Source: Candidatus Cloacimonadales bacterium (GTDB lineage Bacteria > Cloacimonadota > Cloacimonadia > Cloacimonadales > DAONDQ01). From it: DNA of 64,000 nucleotides. Shown here piece after piece: positions 1 to 10,442 of the stretch; the stretch's first letter is position 1, and every line of letters begins with the position of its first letter. Below the pieces are notes generated by a model. The model saw nothing but the letters and a program-made list of their open reading frames with translations. It made no database searches and was not told the DNA's origin. The position numbers were made by a program, and so were the translations under genes. The stretch lies in assembly GCA_963662275.1 (NCBI GenBank), contig OY759316.1, forward strand, positions 3,872,001 through 3,936,000, written 5' to 3'.

Positions 1-98
1 TTATAAGCTTGATTTTGGAATACGAAAAAACCAACTGAAACACCGACTCCAACGATGATAACAGAAAGCACAATGACTAACATCTGTTGAGTTCCCAT
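1..98 (-). CDS. Pilin-like membrane protein, N-terminal part only (runs off window)
   Basis: ATG at 98 with AGGAG RBS; MGTQQMLVIVLSVIIVGVGVSVGFFVFQNQAY resembles MGQQQLLLIVLGVIIVG-type pilin-like N-termini. Confidence 0.6.
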   Translation of the reverse strand, partial: MGTQQMLVIVLSVIIVGVGVSVGFFVFQNQAY

Positions 99-470
99 TT
101 TTTCTCCTACTATTTCTATGAAAATAATTATATATTAAATACAATCTGTGAGATGATGATCATCTCGAAATAAACTTTATTATTAACGTCATACTTTTAT
201 ATCAAAATTAACTAATTCTTAAAATTAAATAAAAGTATGACTAATCCTTAATCCGGTCAGTATCACATATTCAGAAACGCCTGCATTGTCATAATTTAAT
301 TACATTAATAATCTCTAATGACATCACTTCCCATACACGAAAATTTAAGGAGTTTTGTTCCAGTCGTAACAGCCACAGGGCGTTAAGAAATTATTATCTA
401 AAAAAATACTTTACTAGTGTAAGTATATAGCATATCAAGTTCCATAATCAGGAATAGGAGGAATTTTTTT

Positions 471-1247
471 ATGTCGACTCTAAAAATATGGTCATGGAAT
501 GTGAATGGCTTAAGAGCTTCCCTGAAAAAGGGATTTTTAGATGCAATCGAGAAAGAGAAACCGGATATGATTGGCATCCAGGAAACAAAGCTGCAGGAAG
601 GACAGATTCCCATTGAAATCGCTGAGCATAAGGATTATCATGCTTTCTGGAATCATGCTTCCAGAAAGGGTTACTCAGGGACTTTGTTGCTGACGAAGAT
701 TGAACCAAAACAAGTTTGGCAGGTAATGAACATTCCTGAATTGGATAGTGAAGGACGCATCGTTGCTGCTGACTTTGGTGATTTCCTGCTCTATAATGTC
801 TATTTTCCTAATGGTCAGATGAATGATGAACGACTTCAATATAAGCTTCGTTTTTATGATGCTTTCATACAGCATATTGCTAAATTAAAAGAAGAAGGTA
901 AAAATGTCATCATATGTGGTGATTATAATACAGCCCATCATTCAATTGATTTGGCAAATCCTAAGCAGAATGAAAACTATTCCGGTTTCTTGCCGATTGA
1001 AAGAGAACGGCTCGATACTCTTGAATCTCTTGGATATGTCGATACTTTTCGCCATTTTGATAAGAGTCCCAATCAATATTCCTGGTGGACATGGCGGGTG
1101 AATGCCCGGGAAAGGAACATTGGCTGGCGGATTGATTATTTCTTTGTGAATAAAGAATACATGGCGAAAGTGCAGAATGCTTATATCCGCCAGGATATCA
1201 TGGGTTCAGATCATTGCCCAGTCTGTCTAGAGATTGAAATCTCTTGA
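471..1247 (+). CDS. xth: Exodeoxyribonuclease III
   Basis: SWNVNGLRA, IQETK, GDYN, GWRIDYF, GSDHCP motifs; GGAGG RBS. Confidence 0.95.
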   Translation: MSTLKIWSWNVNGLRASLKKGFLDAIEKEKPDMIGIQETKLQEGQIPIEIAEHKDYHAFWNHASRKGYSGTLLLTKIEPKQVWQVMNIPELDSEGRIVAADFGDFLLYNVYFPNGQMNDERLQYKLRFYDAFIQHIAKLKEEGKNVIICGDYNTAHHSIDLANPKQNENYSGFLPIERERLDTLESLGYVDTFRHFDKSPNQYSWWTWRVNARERNIGWRIDYFFVNKEYMAKVQNAYIRQDIMGSDHCPVCLEIEIS

Positions 1248-1280
1248 AGTTCGAAGTACGAAGTTCGAAGTGCGAACTTC
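1246..1280. repeat. Heptamer tandem repeat (CGAAGTN)n between convergent genes
   Basis: gaagttcgaagtacgaagttcgaagtgcgaacttc; same unit lies inside a CDS at 25633-25671. Confidence 0.85.
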
Positions 1281-1283
1281 TCT

Positions 1284-2978
1284 TCATCCTGCGCTGCTTC
1301 CACCTCCACCACCACCGCCGCCTCCATCGCCTCCACCACTGAAACCGCCACCACTAGAACCATCAGATGAAGGTGAAGAAATCGAAGATAGAATGATAAA
1401 AGGAGCAAAGGAATCAGTTGTATTCGGATCACTTTCTAACCAGACAGCACCTACATCAACACCACTCTTTTTGAAATAGGTCACCCATTCCCTGCCCAAA
1501 GTCATGACAAGGGCGAAGGGGAAGATGCGATTAAAATCATCGGCAGTGCCATTGATCAGAGGTTCTTTCATCATTTTACGAAGGTATTTAGTGTAAGTTT
1601 TCCAGGATGCCATTTCCATCATACCTGCATCAGTATAAACTCTAGTTAATGCAGCTAACATGAGAAAGAGATTTCCAATGAAGAACATTCCAATGAGTGA
1701 GATGATACGAATAATGCCAAAATTGCTTAATGATGTTAAAAAGGCTATAAAGAGCAAAAAAGCTCCGAATATTACAAGCAATCCGGTTATTACAAGCTTC
1801 TTTCTTTTAGCCATCTGGAAAGGATCAAGAAATCCCTCCTTGATCAACGCATCCTCGAAAGTTCGTTTCAAATACTTGGATTTGGATTGGATGATCTTCT
1901 GCATATCGAGTATTTTGATTGCACCCGGTCTTGGTGGATTACCAAACACATATTCAATAATCGCTTGTTCGGTTGGTGTTAATTCCACTTGGTTTTCAAC
2001 ATATTCAAAGCTCATACTTCCGTTAGTTTCATACCATTTTTGTTTTGGAAGACTCTGAATTTTAACAACACCACGTTGGGCAAGATTCACTAAAGTGGCA
2101 TACACTGGAGTCAAAATGATTTCTGATCCATTGATAAGACGACTCAGTAAAGCAGGTTCCAATGAAGAAGGAAGATCTTCGTAAATGACTTCCTCGCCAA
2201 TAATTCTTTTGTCCAATGTTTCTTTTCTTAATCCGATAATGACCCAGAAAACAAAGAGAGAAATAAATAGCAGGAAAATAGAATAATTCATCATATTCTT
2301 CTTGCTATTCATTCCGTGTGTATGGGAGATTAGATTCTGTTTTTTAATATGTATAAGATTTTCCGGAAAACTAAAATCTACCCTTTCCAAAGTATTGGGA
2401 GATAGGTTTGTGTATTCATATACGAAGAGGCTATCTCCAAAAGCAGTCGGTGACTGGTTAGTATTTCCGCTAAAGGAAATTTGTGAAAGTAGTATTTCCT
2501 TGGGTAAATGAACTTTCACAATTGCCTGGGAGATTGGATATTCATAATTGGAAGGTAGAGGCTTCCACTGGAATCGTAACCTGTTATTTTCAAATGCATA
2601 TACCCCATAGACAAGATATTGGAACGCGAAAGAATGAGTCTCATCTATCAGAGGAGTGTAATACCATTTCAGATGCAAACCGTCTTCTTCAGAAATAGTA
2701 TAATAATTTGGCAGGGTAGATTCAGTAATTTGCTGCCCATCCATTGCAGCGCCAGCAAAGATGAGTTTATCCACTTTGGAATCAGGGACATCTCGAGTAA
2801 CAAAATGAAATGGACCACCTGTAAATTTAAAAACAACTTCCTCATTAACACTCATAGAACCATCGTTATTCAGATACAGATCTACGAAGTACTTTTCAGC
2901 TTCATAAGATTTAACGATAGCTCCATGACAAAGTGAAATCAGTAGTATCAGGATGATCAAAGAAAACCATTTGCTCAT
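1284..2978 (-). CDS. DUF2207-family membrane protein
   Basis: Signal peptide, DGSMSVNEEV motif, TM helices, Gly/Ser-rich C-terminal tail. Confidence 0.85.
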   Translation of the reverse strand: MSKWFSLIILILLISLCHGAIVKSYEAEKYFVDLYLNNDGSMSVNEEVVFKFTGGPFHFVTRDVPDSKVDKLIFAGAAMDGQQITESTLPNYYTISEEDGLHLKWYYTPLIDETHSFAFQYLVYGVYAFENNRLRFQWKPLPSNYEYPISQAIVKVHLPKEILLSQISFSGNTNQSPTAFGDSLFVYEYTNLSPNTLERVDFSFPENLIHIKKQNLISHTHGMNSKKNMMNYSIFLLFISLFVFWVIIGLRKETLDKRIIGEEVIYEDLPSSLEPALLSRLINGSEIILTPVYATLVNLAQRGVVKIQSLPKQKWYETNGSMSFEYVENQVELTPTEQAIIEYVFGNPPRPGAIKILDMQKIIQSKSKYLKRTFEDALIKEGFLDPFQMAKRKKLVITGLLVIFGAFLLFIAFLTSLSNFGIIRIISLIGMFFIGNLFLMLAALTRVYTDAGMMEMASWKTYTKYLRKMMKEPLINGTADDFNRIFPFALVMTLGREWVTYFKKSGVDVGAVWLESDPNTTDSFAPFIILSSISSPSSDGSSGGGFSGGGDGGGGGGGGGSSAG

Positions 2979-2994
2979 ACCGCCTCCAACTTAT

Positions 2995-4023
2995 TTATTT
3001 ATCATCTGCTTTCTTTTTAAAGGGATTCAGCTCCACCTTACCGGTAAAATCAATCGTCTTGGATAAATCGACATCGGCAATATTGAAATTCAGTTTCCCC
3101 TGGCATTCATAAGTGAACTCCTGCGTAAGAGCAGATCGAATACTGGAACTGATGGCTTTCCAGTTATCCAGGGTAAAGATAATATCCCCTTCAGTTTTAA
3201 AAGTATCCTCCGTAAGAATGAGTTTTTGTCTTAAATTACTCTTACCCGCTTCATGACCGTTGAGTTTCAAGATTGCAGGAAAGCTGTTCAATGTGAGGGC
3301 GAGACCATATGGATTGTATACCATGAAATGTACTGAAAATTGAGTTTCACTAAAAGATATATATTCTAGCTTGGTTTTCGTTATTTGAACAAAATCCCCT
3401 CCATCTATCTTAGTTGAGCTTCCTTTTCCACCCTTTTCGTTGAAAGCTTCTGTCAGATATTCTTTTACCGGCATTTCAATACGCTTCTCAAAATGTACAA
3501 CTTTCCCAATACCCAAAGCTTTCGCATGAGTAGTTCCTGAAATTTGAAAGACAACATTATTCTTTGCCCGTGTGATCGTCTTGGCAACTTTACGTGTTTC
3601 CATGTGAATCACCAGGTTGATCATGGTTGTATCTTTCGGTATTAAAATGATCTGTGAGACAGGTTCGATAAAGCCAATGAGTTGCCTGTTTTCATTCATG
3701 ATTTTAATATCCAGGTTTTTCAAAACAACTTTATAACTATTCGGATTACTTGCCATTAACGGTAGTGTAAGTTCTGTATCATCAATTGTCAAACTCACTA
3801 AATGAATATCTCCATTAGTGATTGTGGGAACTTGGAATACTTTTTTGCATGAAGTCATGGTCATTACAATCAAACATAATAGACAGACACGGATCATGAA
3901 ACTGACCTGGCTGTTACTTCTTTTGAACCATAAAAGAAACGGCATATTTGATATTCTGTTCATTCTTTCCATCCTTAATGAGATGAATTTAGTTTTTTCT
4001 TGCACATATCCAATAGGATACAT
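2995..4023 (-). CDS. LEA type 2 (WHy) domain lipoprotein, two domains; true start probably downstream
   Basis: Lipobox-like MTMTSC; SNPNSY and YNPYGL WHy-type motifs. Confidence 0.7.
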   Translation of the reverse strand: MYPIGYVQEKTKFISLRMERMNRISNMPFLLWFKRSNSQVSFMIRVCLLCLIVMTMTSCKKVFQVPTITNGDIHLVSLTIDDTELTLPLMASNPNSYKVVLKNLDIKIMNENRQLIGFIEPVSQIILIPKDTTMINLVIHMETRKVAKTITRAKNNVVFQISGTTHAKALGIGKVVHFEKRIEMPVKEYLTEAFNEKGGKGSSTKIDGGDFVQITKTKLEYISFSETQFSVHFMVYNPYGLALTLNSFPAILKLNGHEAGKSNLRQKLILTEDTFKTEGDIIFTLDNWKAISSSIRSALTQEFTYECQGKLNFNIADVDLSKTIDFTGKVELNPFKKKADDK

Positions 4024-4117
4024 AAATTATTAATAATGATTATCAAAAATGAAATAAAAACAGTCAAGAGAATTAAATGCTGGAAAACAGCAAATCTGTT
4101 GTCTTATCAAAACAGGA

Positions 4118-4639
4118 GTGTGTATGGATGTTTCCAAGTTTGAAATGATCCTGTTGGATAACGAGAAACGTATTTACCATTATTTACTAAAATTTGTAAG
4201 ACATACAGAAGATGCGGAAGATTTATTGCAGTCAGTTTTCATCTCCTTTTACAGTAAGATGGAGGATATTGATGAAAAGGCTGCTGTATCTTACTTATAT
4301 AGAGCTGCTCATAATAAGGCAATAAATCATCTAAAAACGAACAAGCGATACGTAAATGCAGATCCTGAGAAATTTGACCGTATCCCCGCACCTTCTAATT
4401 ATGTACCCACTAACCCTCGTGAAGTAATCCTGCTCCAGGCAATTCGCGAATTACCACCTAAACTGGCGATGGTTATCAATCTACAATCTTATGAAAACAT
4501 GAGCTACAAAGATATTGCCGTTCATATGAAAACAACTGTCTCTGCTGTTGAATCCCTGCTAACAAGGGCAAAGAAGATTTTACGAAAAAAAATAATGCAG
4601 GAAATGAAAAAAAGGGGTGTCTCCTCAAATGAAACTTAA
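4118..4639 (+). CDS. ECF RNA polymerase sigma factor
   Basis: DAEDLLQSVF region 2; MSYKDIA...SAVESLLTRAK region 4. Confidence 0.92.
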   Translation: MCMDVSKFEMILLDNEKRIYHYLLKFVRHTEDAEDLLQSVFISFYSKMEDIDEKAAVSYLYRAAHNKAINHLKTNKRYVNADPEKFDRIPAPSNYVPTNPREVILLQAIRELPPKLAMVINLQSYENMSYKDIAVHMKTTVSAVESLLTRAKKILRKKIMQEMKKRGVSSNET

Positions 4640-4705
4640 TTATTTAGTTCTGATTTACAAAATGAAAGAAATAGGTAAATGTACTTTTACCAAGGAGAAT
4701 GAATC

Positions 4706-5128
4706 ATGAGATGCTATTCGATCCGTAAGAAACTGATCAGCTATGCGGACGGAGAAGGTCAAGCTTCTATAAGGGAAGCTATTGCCCTGCATCTGGAAAA
4801 GTGCTCCTTATGCCGTCATGAACTGATGGAGATTCAATCCTTGAATACTTTACTAAACAAACCACAACTTCCGGAAGTACCCTCACACATTCACGAGAAA
4901 ATAATGTTTGAAATCAAGAATGATACCCGAAAGAAACAGATTCATAAAGGATTGCGCTGGAACCTGGTACCGGTTGCCGCCAGCTTGGTGATATCCCTCT
5001 ATTTTGGTATCTTTCTCGGAACGAAGACCATGCCGCTCACAGTAGCAAAAATGGAAATCTCTTCCCTTGATTTCGGACAACAGACACTGTATGCAGAAGA
5101 AGACAGCCAGGAGAATTCAAATGAGTAA
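4706..5128 (+). CDS. Zinc-finger (HxxxCxxC) membrane anti-sigma factor
   Basis: HLEKCSLC, one TM helix, follows ECF sigma. Confidence 0.88.
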   Translation: MRCYSIRKKLISYADGEGQASIREAIALHLEKCSLCRHELMEIQSLNTLLNKPQLPEVPSHIHEKIMFEIKNDTRKKQIHKGLRWNLVPVAASLVISLYFGIFLGTKTMPLTVAKMEISSLDFGQQTLYAEEDSQENSNE

Positions 5129-5666
5129 GAAATTACTGTTCATCATTTTACTGATATCCCTGGCATTCAACCTGGCTTTTATTGGTTCATTCCTCTACTG
5201 GCGTCATCAGTTCAGATGTGATTATATGAAAGGTCCAAATCATAGAGAGATGATGGAAAACCGAAACAGACATGGTGATATGATGCACCACAGAAACGGA
5301 CCTGATGATGACCAGCCACCGCCACCTCCCGGTTTACGCCGAGGTGATATGGGTTGGATGGGAAACAAAAAGATAGTCGAACCATACCGTATAAAATTCG
5401 ATGAAAGTAAAGTGGAATTCTTCAAAGCATTGCAACAACCGGTTGTTAACGAAGAAGTCCTGAAACAGAAACTGCAAACCAGTCTCCAAAATCATACGGA
5501 ACTGGAAAAACAGATAGGCTTGCGGCTGATCGAAATGAGAAAGAAAATGACAGCTCAACAAGCGAATGAGTTCTTTGGGAGGCATGCCAGAAATGCTATG
5601 AGACACGATAAAGATATTCAAGATAGACAACCAAAAAATACACAGGAAAAAAGGAGAACACAATGA
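5121..5666 (+). CDS. Periplasmic heavy-metal sensor / Spy-CpxP-like protein
   Basis: Start MSKK after GGAG; SLAFNLAFIG anchor motif; Met/His-rich segment; helical. Confidence 0.75.
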   Translation: MSKKLLFIILLISLAFNLAFIGSFLYWRHQFRCDYMKGPNHREMMENRNRHGDMMHHRNGPDDDQPPPPPGLRRGDMGWMGNKKIVEPYRIKFDESKVEFFKALQQPVVNEEVLKQKLQTSLQNHTELEKQIGLRLIEMRKKMTAQQANEFFGRHARNAMRHDKDIQDRQPKNTQEKRRTQ

Positions 5667-6238
5667 AAAAGCACGCAATACTGATAACCGTACTGTTATT
5701 CCTCATCGTCATGGCTTTCGCTGTCACAGGGAAAGATAAGGAACAAGATCCAGGTCAAATGAAGATGGAGCGACCGATGATGAAAGATGGAATGGGACCT
5801 CATCAAGGTATGCAGGATATGCTGAAATTGACTGATGATCAAAAAAAACAAGTACAAACTATCATGACCAGCCACAAGAAAGATATGAATACTATGAAAG
5901 CTGATCTGGATAACCTACAAATCGATAAACAGAATCTACTTTCACAACAGAAATTTGATGAAGCCAAAAACATCGTAGACCAGATCAATGCCAAACAAGC
6001 CCAGATGGAAAAAAGTGGTATCGATTGCCACAAACAAATGTGGAACATACTTACTGACGACCAGAAAAAAATAGCTAAGGAAAACAAGATGGGTCCAGGC
6101 ATGGGAATGATGGATGGTGATCGTCCTGGTCCTGGTGGCAAGATGGGTCCAAAAGGTATGAAAGGACACAAGATGGGTCAGAAAGGCATGGAAGGTTGTG
6201 ATGGTAATTGCGATATGCCTGGGAAAAATTGTAAATAA
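5663..6238 (+). CDS. Spy/CpxP/ZraP-family periplasmic chaperone
   Basis: Signal peptide, two LTDDQ (LTxxQ) motifs, Met/Gly-rich termini, C-terminal CxxxC. Confidence 0.85.
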   Translation: MKKHAILITVLLFLIVMAFAVTGKDKEQDPGQMKMERPMMKDGMGPHQGMQDMLKLTDDQKKQVQTIMTSHKKDMNTMKADLDNLQIDKQNLLSQQKFDEAKNIVDQINAKQAQMEKSGIDCHKQMWNILTDDQKKIAKENKMGPGMGMMDGDRPGPGGKMGPKGMKGHKMGQKGMEGCDGNCDMPGKNCK

Positions 6239-6273
6239 GTTGAGAGCATAAGCATAATAACGCTGACCCCCTG

Positions 6274-6301
6274 GCGGATGTCGAAAGATGTCCGCTTTTT
6301 T
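6274..6301 (+). terminator. Intrinsic terminator
   Basis: GCGGA-TGTC-GAAA-GATG-TCCGC followed by a T run. Confidence 0.75.
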
Positions 6302-6341
6302 GTTGTGGAGCATGATCTGATCATGCTGAAAAGATCTATAT

Positions 6342-6418
6342 GTAGGGATAGACCCACGTGTCTATCCTTCTTTCTTCAAATGCCTTTTATCTGGATAGAC
6401 ACGTGGGTCTATCCCTAC
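6342..6418. repeat. GTAG-headed REP doublet (family A, GTAGGGATAGACCCAYGTGTCTATCC); a GTGG-type hairpin lies at 6305-6327
   Basis: Two inverted copies; single copies at 14809-14834, 38501-38526, 43817-43842. Confidence 0.9.
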
Positions 6419-7515
6419 TTAATCATGTCATAGAAGATATTCACACCAGATTCAATACAATCCTCATCAGGCAAAAACTTGGAAGAATGAAGACCGGACT
6501 TCTTGATTCCTCCGCCCAGCCAGAATAGTAAACCGGGATAAAGGCTGGTAAAAAAGCCAAAATCTTCACCAGTCATGGCTATTTCAGCTTCCTGGTAACA
6601 ATAGCCAGCTATATATACTCTTTCCACTAATTTGTTGCATAACTCAGCGTTATTGACCACAGGATCATAATTACTCAGCCAATCAAGTTCATAAGTCATT
6701 TCGTAGAGTGAAGTCACATGAGATATGGTTTTTTCAATCAGATCATTCATCTGATCATGATTCTGTTTTGTGAGTGTCCGGTGAGTTCCTTCCAGGACAC
6801 AGGTTTCAGCAACCGCATTACAAATACGTCCTGCTGTCAAATGACCCACATGGAAGATCACTGGTTCCACTGGTGAAAATAGCCGTTGAATGGAACTATG
6901 CATCAGGTTGAATATTTGTATCCCAGCCATTAATGCATCTTTCCCTTTTTGGGGGAATGCTGCATGAGCTGCCTGACCATGTATAGTGACAGAGAATTCC
7001 TGGGGTATGGCAAATATGATACCTGCCTTAGAGGATATGGTTCCAACGGGTAAATCACAAGTGACATGCAAAGCATACGCTTCAGTGATTTGAAATTGGG
7101 TTAGGATATTTGTGCTGATGATTCTCTCAGCACCACCTTTCCCTTCCTCAGCAGGCTGAAAAAGAAAGACCAGGTTCTGGTTTGGCTTTTCCCTAACAAC
7201 CTTGTCCATCAAACCAAGAAGAATTGCCATATGAATATCGTGACCACAAGCATGCATCCATCCCTGGTTTTTGGATTGAAATTCACAATATGTCTCTTCC
7301 GTAAATGGCAAAGCATCCATATCTGCACGGAATAGTTTGTAACTACCTTCATTCACTTGATAAGTAGCAACTATTCCTGGAAATCTGAAAGTTGAATATT
7401 GAATCCCTTCCATTTTATCGAGATATGAACATATCAGCTTTTGTGTTTCCCATTCATGAAAAGCCATTTCGGGTATCTGGTGCAATTCACGACGTATCTT
7501 TTTAAGATCTAACAT
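6415..7515 (-). CDS. M20D amidohydrolase (N-acetyl-diaminopimelate deacetylase-like)
   Basis: RRELHQIPE, RADMDALP, MHACGHD, FQPAEEG, GEDF; follows asd. Confidence 0.85.
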   Translation of the reverse strand: MLDLKKIRRELHQIPEMAFHEWETQKLICSYLDKMEGIQYSTFRFPGIVATYQVNEGSYKLFRADMDALPFTEETYCEFQSKNQGWMHACGHDIHMAILLGLMDKVVREKPNQNLVFLFQPAEEGKGGAERIISTNILTQFQITEAYALHVTCDLPVGTISSKAGIIFAIPQEFSVTIHGQAAHAAFPQKGKDALMAGIQIFNLMHSSIQRLFSPVEPVIFHVGHLTAGRICNAVAETCVLEGTHRTLTKQNHDQMNDLIEKTISHVTSLYEMTYELDWLSNYDPVVNNAELCNKLVERVYIAGYCYQEAEIAMTGEDFGFFTSLYPGLLFWLGGGIKKSGLHSSKFLPDEDCIESGVNIFYDMIK

Positions 7516-7523
7516 AAAATATC

Positions 7524-8489
7524 CTATTCTGCAATGTATTTCAGAATTCTTACAGCGTTTGTCGCAGCGCCCAAGCGAACATTATTTCCAACATTCCAGA
7601 AGACGATTGACTTTGAATCAACACCATAGCGCAAACGGCATACGTGGCTGTCATTGGAATCCTGCAATTCAAGGGGTGTAATATATCCATCTTGATAAAA
7701 CAAGACTGATGGGCTGCTGGATAGTATTTGGGCTGCTTCATCCAAATCAATTTCCTGTTTGAATTCAGCATATACATTCTCAGCATGTCCATAGAATGTA
7801 GGGACACGAACTGTCGTAGCACATACCGGAATATCATTGCGACCTAATATCTTGTTCGTTTCCAAGTACATTTTTTTTTCTTCTTCACAATATCCATCGT
7901 CTAAAAAAGCTCCAATTTGTGGAATCACATTCAGATCGATACGCTTTGGGAAAGGACCGAATGATGAATCACCCATTCTTTGCTGTTCTAAAGCAGATAT
8001 CCCTTTATGACCTGCACCTGAAACTGACTGATAAGTTGAAACAATGACTTTGTTCAATCCATAGCGTTTATCAAGGGGACTTAGTGCCAGCAGCATTTGG
8101 ATTGTCGAGCAGTTTGGATTGGCGATAATTCCTCTATATCCAGCTAAAATGTGAGCATTGATTTCAGGTACCACGAGCGGAATAGATACATCTCTGCGAA
8201 AAGCAGAGGAATTATCAATAACAGTATTACCTGCTCCCGCTGCAATCGGGGCAAAAGTATATGCTACATTCCGGCCTGCTGAAAACAAGAGGGCTGTATA
8301 ATTATCGATCATTGCTTCTTTAGTCAGAGCTTGTACTGTAATTGATTTTCCATGGAAAGGGATAAGCATACCTGCTGAACGAGTGGAAGCAAACAAGCAT
8401 AGTTCCGAAACAGAAACATTCAGTTCTTCCAAACACTTCACCATCATACGCCCGACTTCTCCGGTCGCACCAACAATTCCAATTTTCAT
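7524..8489 (-). CDS. asd: Aspartate-semialdehyde dehydrogenase
   Basis: GATGEVG, IDNSSAFR, IIANPNCST, YQSVSGAG, GAATNAV. Confidence 0.95.
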   Translation of the reverse strand: MKIGIVGATGEVGRMMVKCLEELNVSVSELCLFASTRSAGMLIPFHGKSITVQALTKEAMIDNYTALLFSAGRNVAYTFAPIAAGAGNTVIDNSSAFRRDVSIPLVVPEINAHILAGYRGIIANPNCSTIQMLLALSPLDKRYGLNKVIVSTYQSVSGAGHKGISALEQQRMGDSSFGPFPKRIDLNVIPQIGAFLDDGYCEEEKKMYLETNKILGRNDIPVCATTVRVPTFYGHAENVYAEFKQEIDLDEAAQILSSSPSVLFYQDGYITPLELQDSNDSHVCRLRYGVDSKSIVFWNVGNNVRLGAATNAVRILKYIAE

Positions 8490-9028
8490 AATCCATCCTG
8501 ATTTGTATCAGTTGCTACTCTACCGATCAAACCATATTCTCGAGCTTTTTGTAACACATATTCAGAATCCTGACAACGCTCTAATAAATCATAGTTGTTT
8601 TCAAAGCCCTTAATTCTATTTAAAGAAATACTTCCTTGATCAATTTCATCTACCAGTAAAGTGGGAAAAAAGAATAAGCTAAAATTGTTATCTTCAAGAG
8701 GTTCAATACCGATAACTACATCAGATGTAATAGCTGATTGTCTATATGTTTTAATTCCTGATTTATATGTACAATCGACACCACCCCTTGTGCCACCAGT
8801 GAAGGATAATGCTGTTTTGGATGTTTTTACCTGTGCTCTAATTATTTCTTCTTTATTATCATTTTTTTTCATTACTATTATAATATCGTATGTTGATAAA
8901 GGCAGATCAACTAAAGACACATTTTGATATTTTTTCATTAAAAGTCCAACAACAATATGTTCGTGTGCAAACCCATCCACAGAAGCTTGAAGACCAGAAT
9001 TCTCATCCGGTGATAAAAATCTATTCAT
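8486..9028 (-). CDS. Putative type II restriction endonuclease (PD-(D/E)XK fold)
   Basis: E...YD...AQVKT catalytic pattern; overlaps the MTase stop. Confidence 0.7.
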   Translation of the reverse strand: MNRFLSPDENSGLQASVDGFAHEHIVVGLLMKKYQNVSLVDLPLSTYDIIIVMKKNDNKEEIIRAQVKTSKTALSFTGGTRGGVDCTYKSGIKTYRQSAITSDVVIGIEPLEDNNFSLFFFPTLLVDEIDQGSISLNRIKGFENNYDLLERCQDSEYVLQKAREYGLIGRVATDTNQDGL

Positions 9029-10442
9029 TCGACTCCATCCTTTTATGTAGAACTATAATATAATCTCTATTAATGCGCTCTTCTCTTGGTACCTTAATAA
9101 AGTGCTTTATGATTTCAGAAGCAAACCAAGTTTCTATTTCGTAACCAATCATCTTACTTATTTCAAGTATATATTTCCATGATTCAAATACGACATTTCT
9201 AATGCGATTATTACCGATAACAATGATATAATGCGAATCAGGTTTCAGAACTCTAAATACTTCGCGTAAATTCTGCTCCATATCCTTCAGATATTTATAC
9301 GCTATATAGCTACGTCGCGGATCAAGCAAATATATTTCATCAAGAATGGAATCGATTGAAGCAATACCAAAATGATGAATGTTATTGTAATCCTTTGAAG
9401 TAACTGCCTCTGTTCCTACATGTTTCTTTTTCAGATGGTTCAAAGACCCATTTTTAAAACCTAGCCAATACAATTCTAATTGATGTGTACGTGGATAATC
9501 AACCGCATTCACATATGGTGGTGATGTTATTGCACAATCAAAATAAGAATCAGGATATTGAATATGTAATGCATCACTAGTCGTTGGAATCTCAATTTTA
9601 GCCTTTGTTTGATCTGTTACTTCATTAAATTCCTTCATTTTATATGTGTTTATTAATACCGCTTCGATGAATTTGGTCATTGTCATTAGTGGTTGAATAT
9701 CTTTATTTAGTTTTTTTCTTACTACGGTTCTGGTACAATTATCATCTGCGTTAGATACACTTCGGATTATCGATGAAAAGCAAACCCTATAAAAATCTTT
9801 ATAGTCAGAATTCGAATTCAATGTCTCTATCATCTGTTTAATGTACGCTAGTTCATTTATGATAAATGGTTTGAACCAATTATCTCGATAAGGGAATTCT
9901 AGTAAATATTCAGGTTTTATATTTTCTGGTTGAAATAAGAGAAGATTGTTTATTATTTTAGAATTATAACTAAGTAAGACAGATGTATCCAAGTTCGTTG
10001 ATTTTACCTTAACTAGAAGACGGCAAAATTCTTCGATGTCAATTGCGACTGAATTTCTATCATGTAAAAGTGCTTCTAAGTTTACTGTTCCACTACCAGC
10101 AAAGGGATCTAGTATTATATCATCTGGTTTTGTATATTTTTCAATTAGCCATCTTGGTAACTCAGGGAAAAATTTTGCCGGATACTTATGAATATTGTGT
10201 AAGTATTTTGATTGATCATAACTTATGAAAAGAAATGAATCTCCCTCTGTTATCGGCAAATTCACAGGAATATTGCCTTCAACTCTTACCATTTTTTCAC
10301 CGAAATTGTTGGAAATTTCTTGCAATGAAGTAATCTGGTATCTTTCAAAAAAAGGGAGTCTCTCCTTTTTGGTTAATTTGGATAATTTGATCTCAACTTT
10401 ATTATAAATTTGAGCTAAATCAACTCTCTTTGTTTGTTCCAT
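9021..10442 (-). CDS. DNA methyltransferase, probably N4-cytosine, alpha motif order
   Basis: HKYPAKF, DPFAGSGT (motif I) preceding TSPPY (motif IV). Confidence 0.88.
   Translation of the reverse strand: MEQTKRVDLAQIYNKVEIKLSKLTKKERLPFFERYQITSLQEISNNFGEKMVRVEGNIPVNLPITEGDSFLFISYDQSKYLHNIHKYPAKFFPELPRWLIEKYTKPDDIILDPFAGSGTVNLEALLHDRNSVAIDIEEFCRLLVKVKSTNLDTSVLLSYNSKIINNLLLFQPENIKPEYLLEFPYRDNWFKPFIINELAYIKQMIETLNSNSDYKDFYRVCFSSIIRSVSNADDNCTRTVVRKKLNKDIQPLMTMTKFIEAVLINTYKMKEFNEVTDQTKAKIEIPTTSDALHIQYPDSYFDCAITSPPYVNAVDYPRTHQLELYWLGFKNGSLNHLKKKHVGTEAVTSKDYNNIHHFGIASIDSILDEIYLLDPRRSYIAYKYLKDMEQNLREVFRVLKPDSHYIIVIGNNRIRNVVFESWKYILEISKMIGYEIETWFASEIIKHFIKVPREERINRDYIIVLHKRMESNE

Noticed and set aside
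1234..1479. Proline-rich ORF
   Set aside because: Antisense shadow of the Gly-rich DUF2207 tail plus the heptamer repeat
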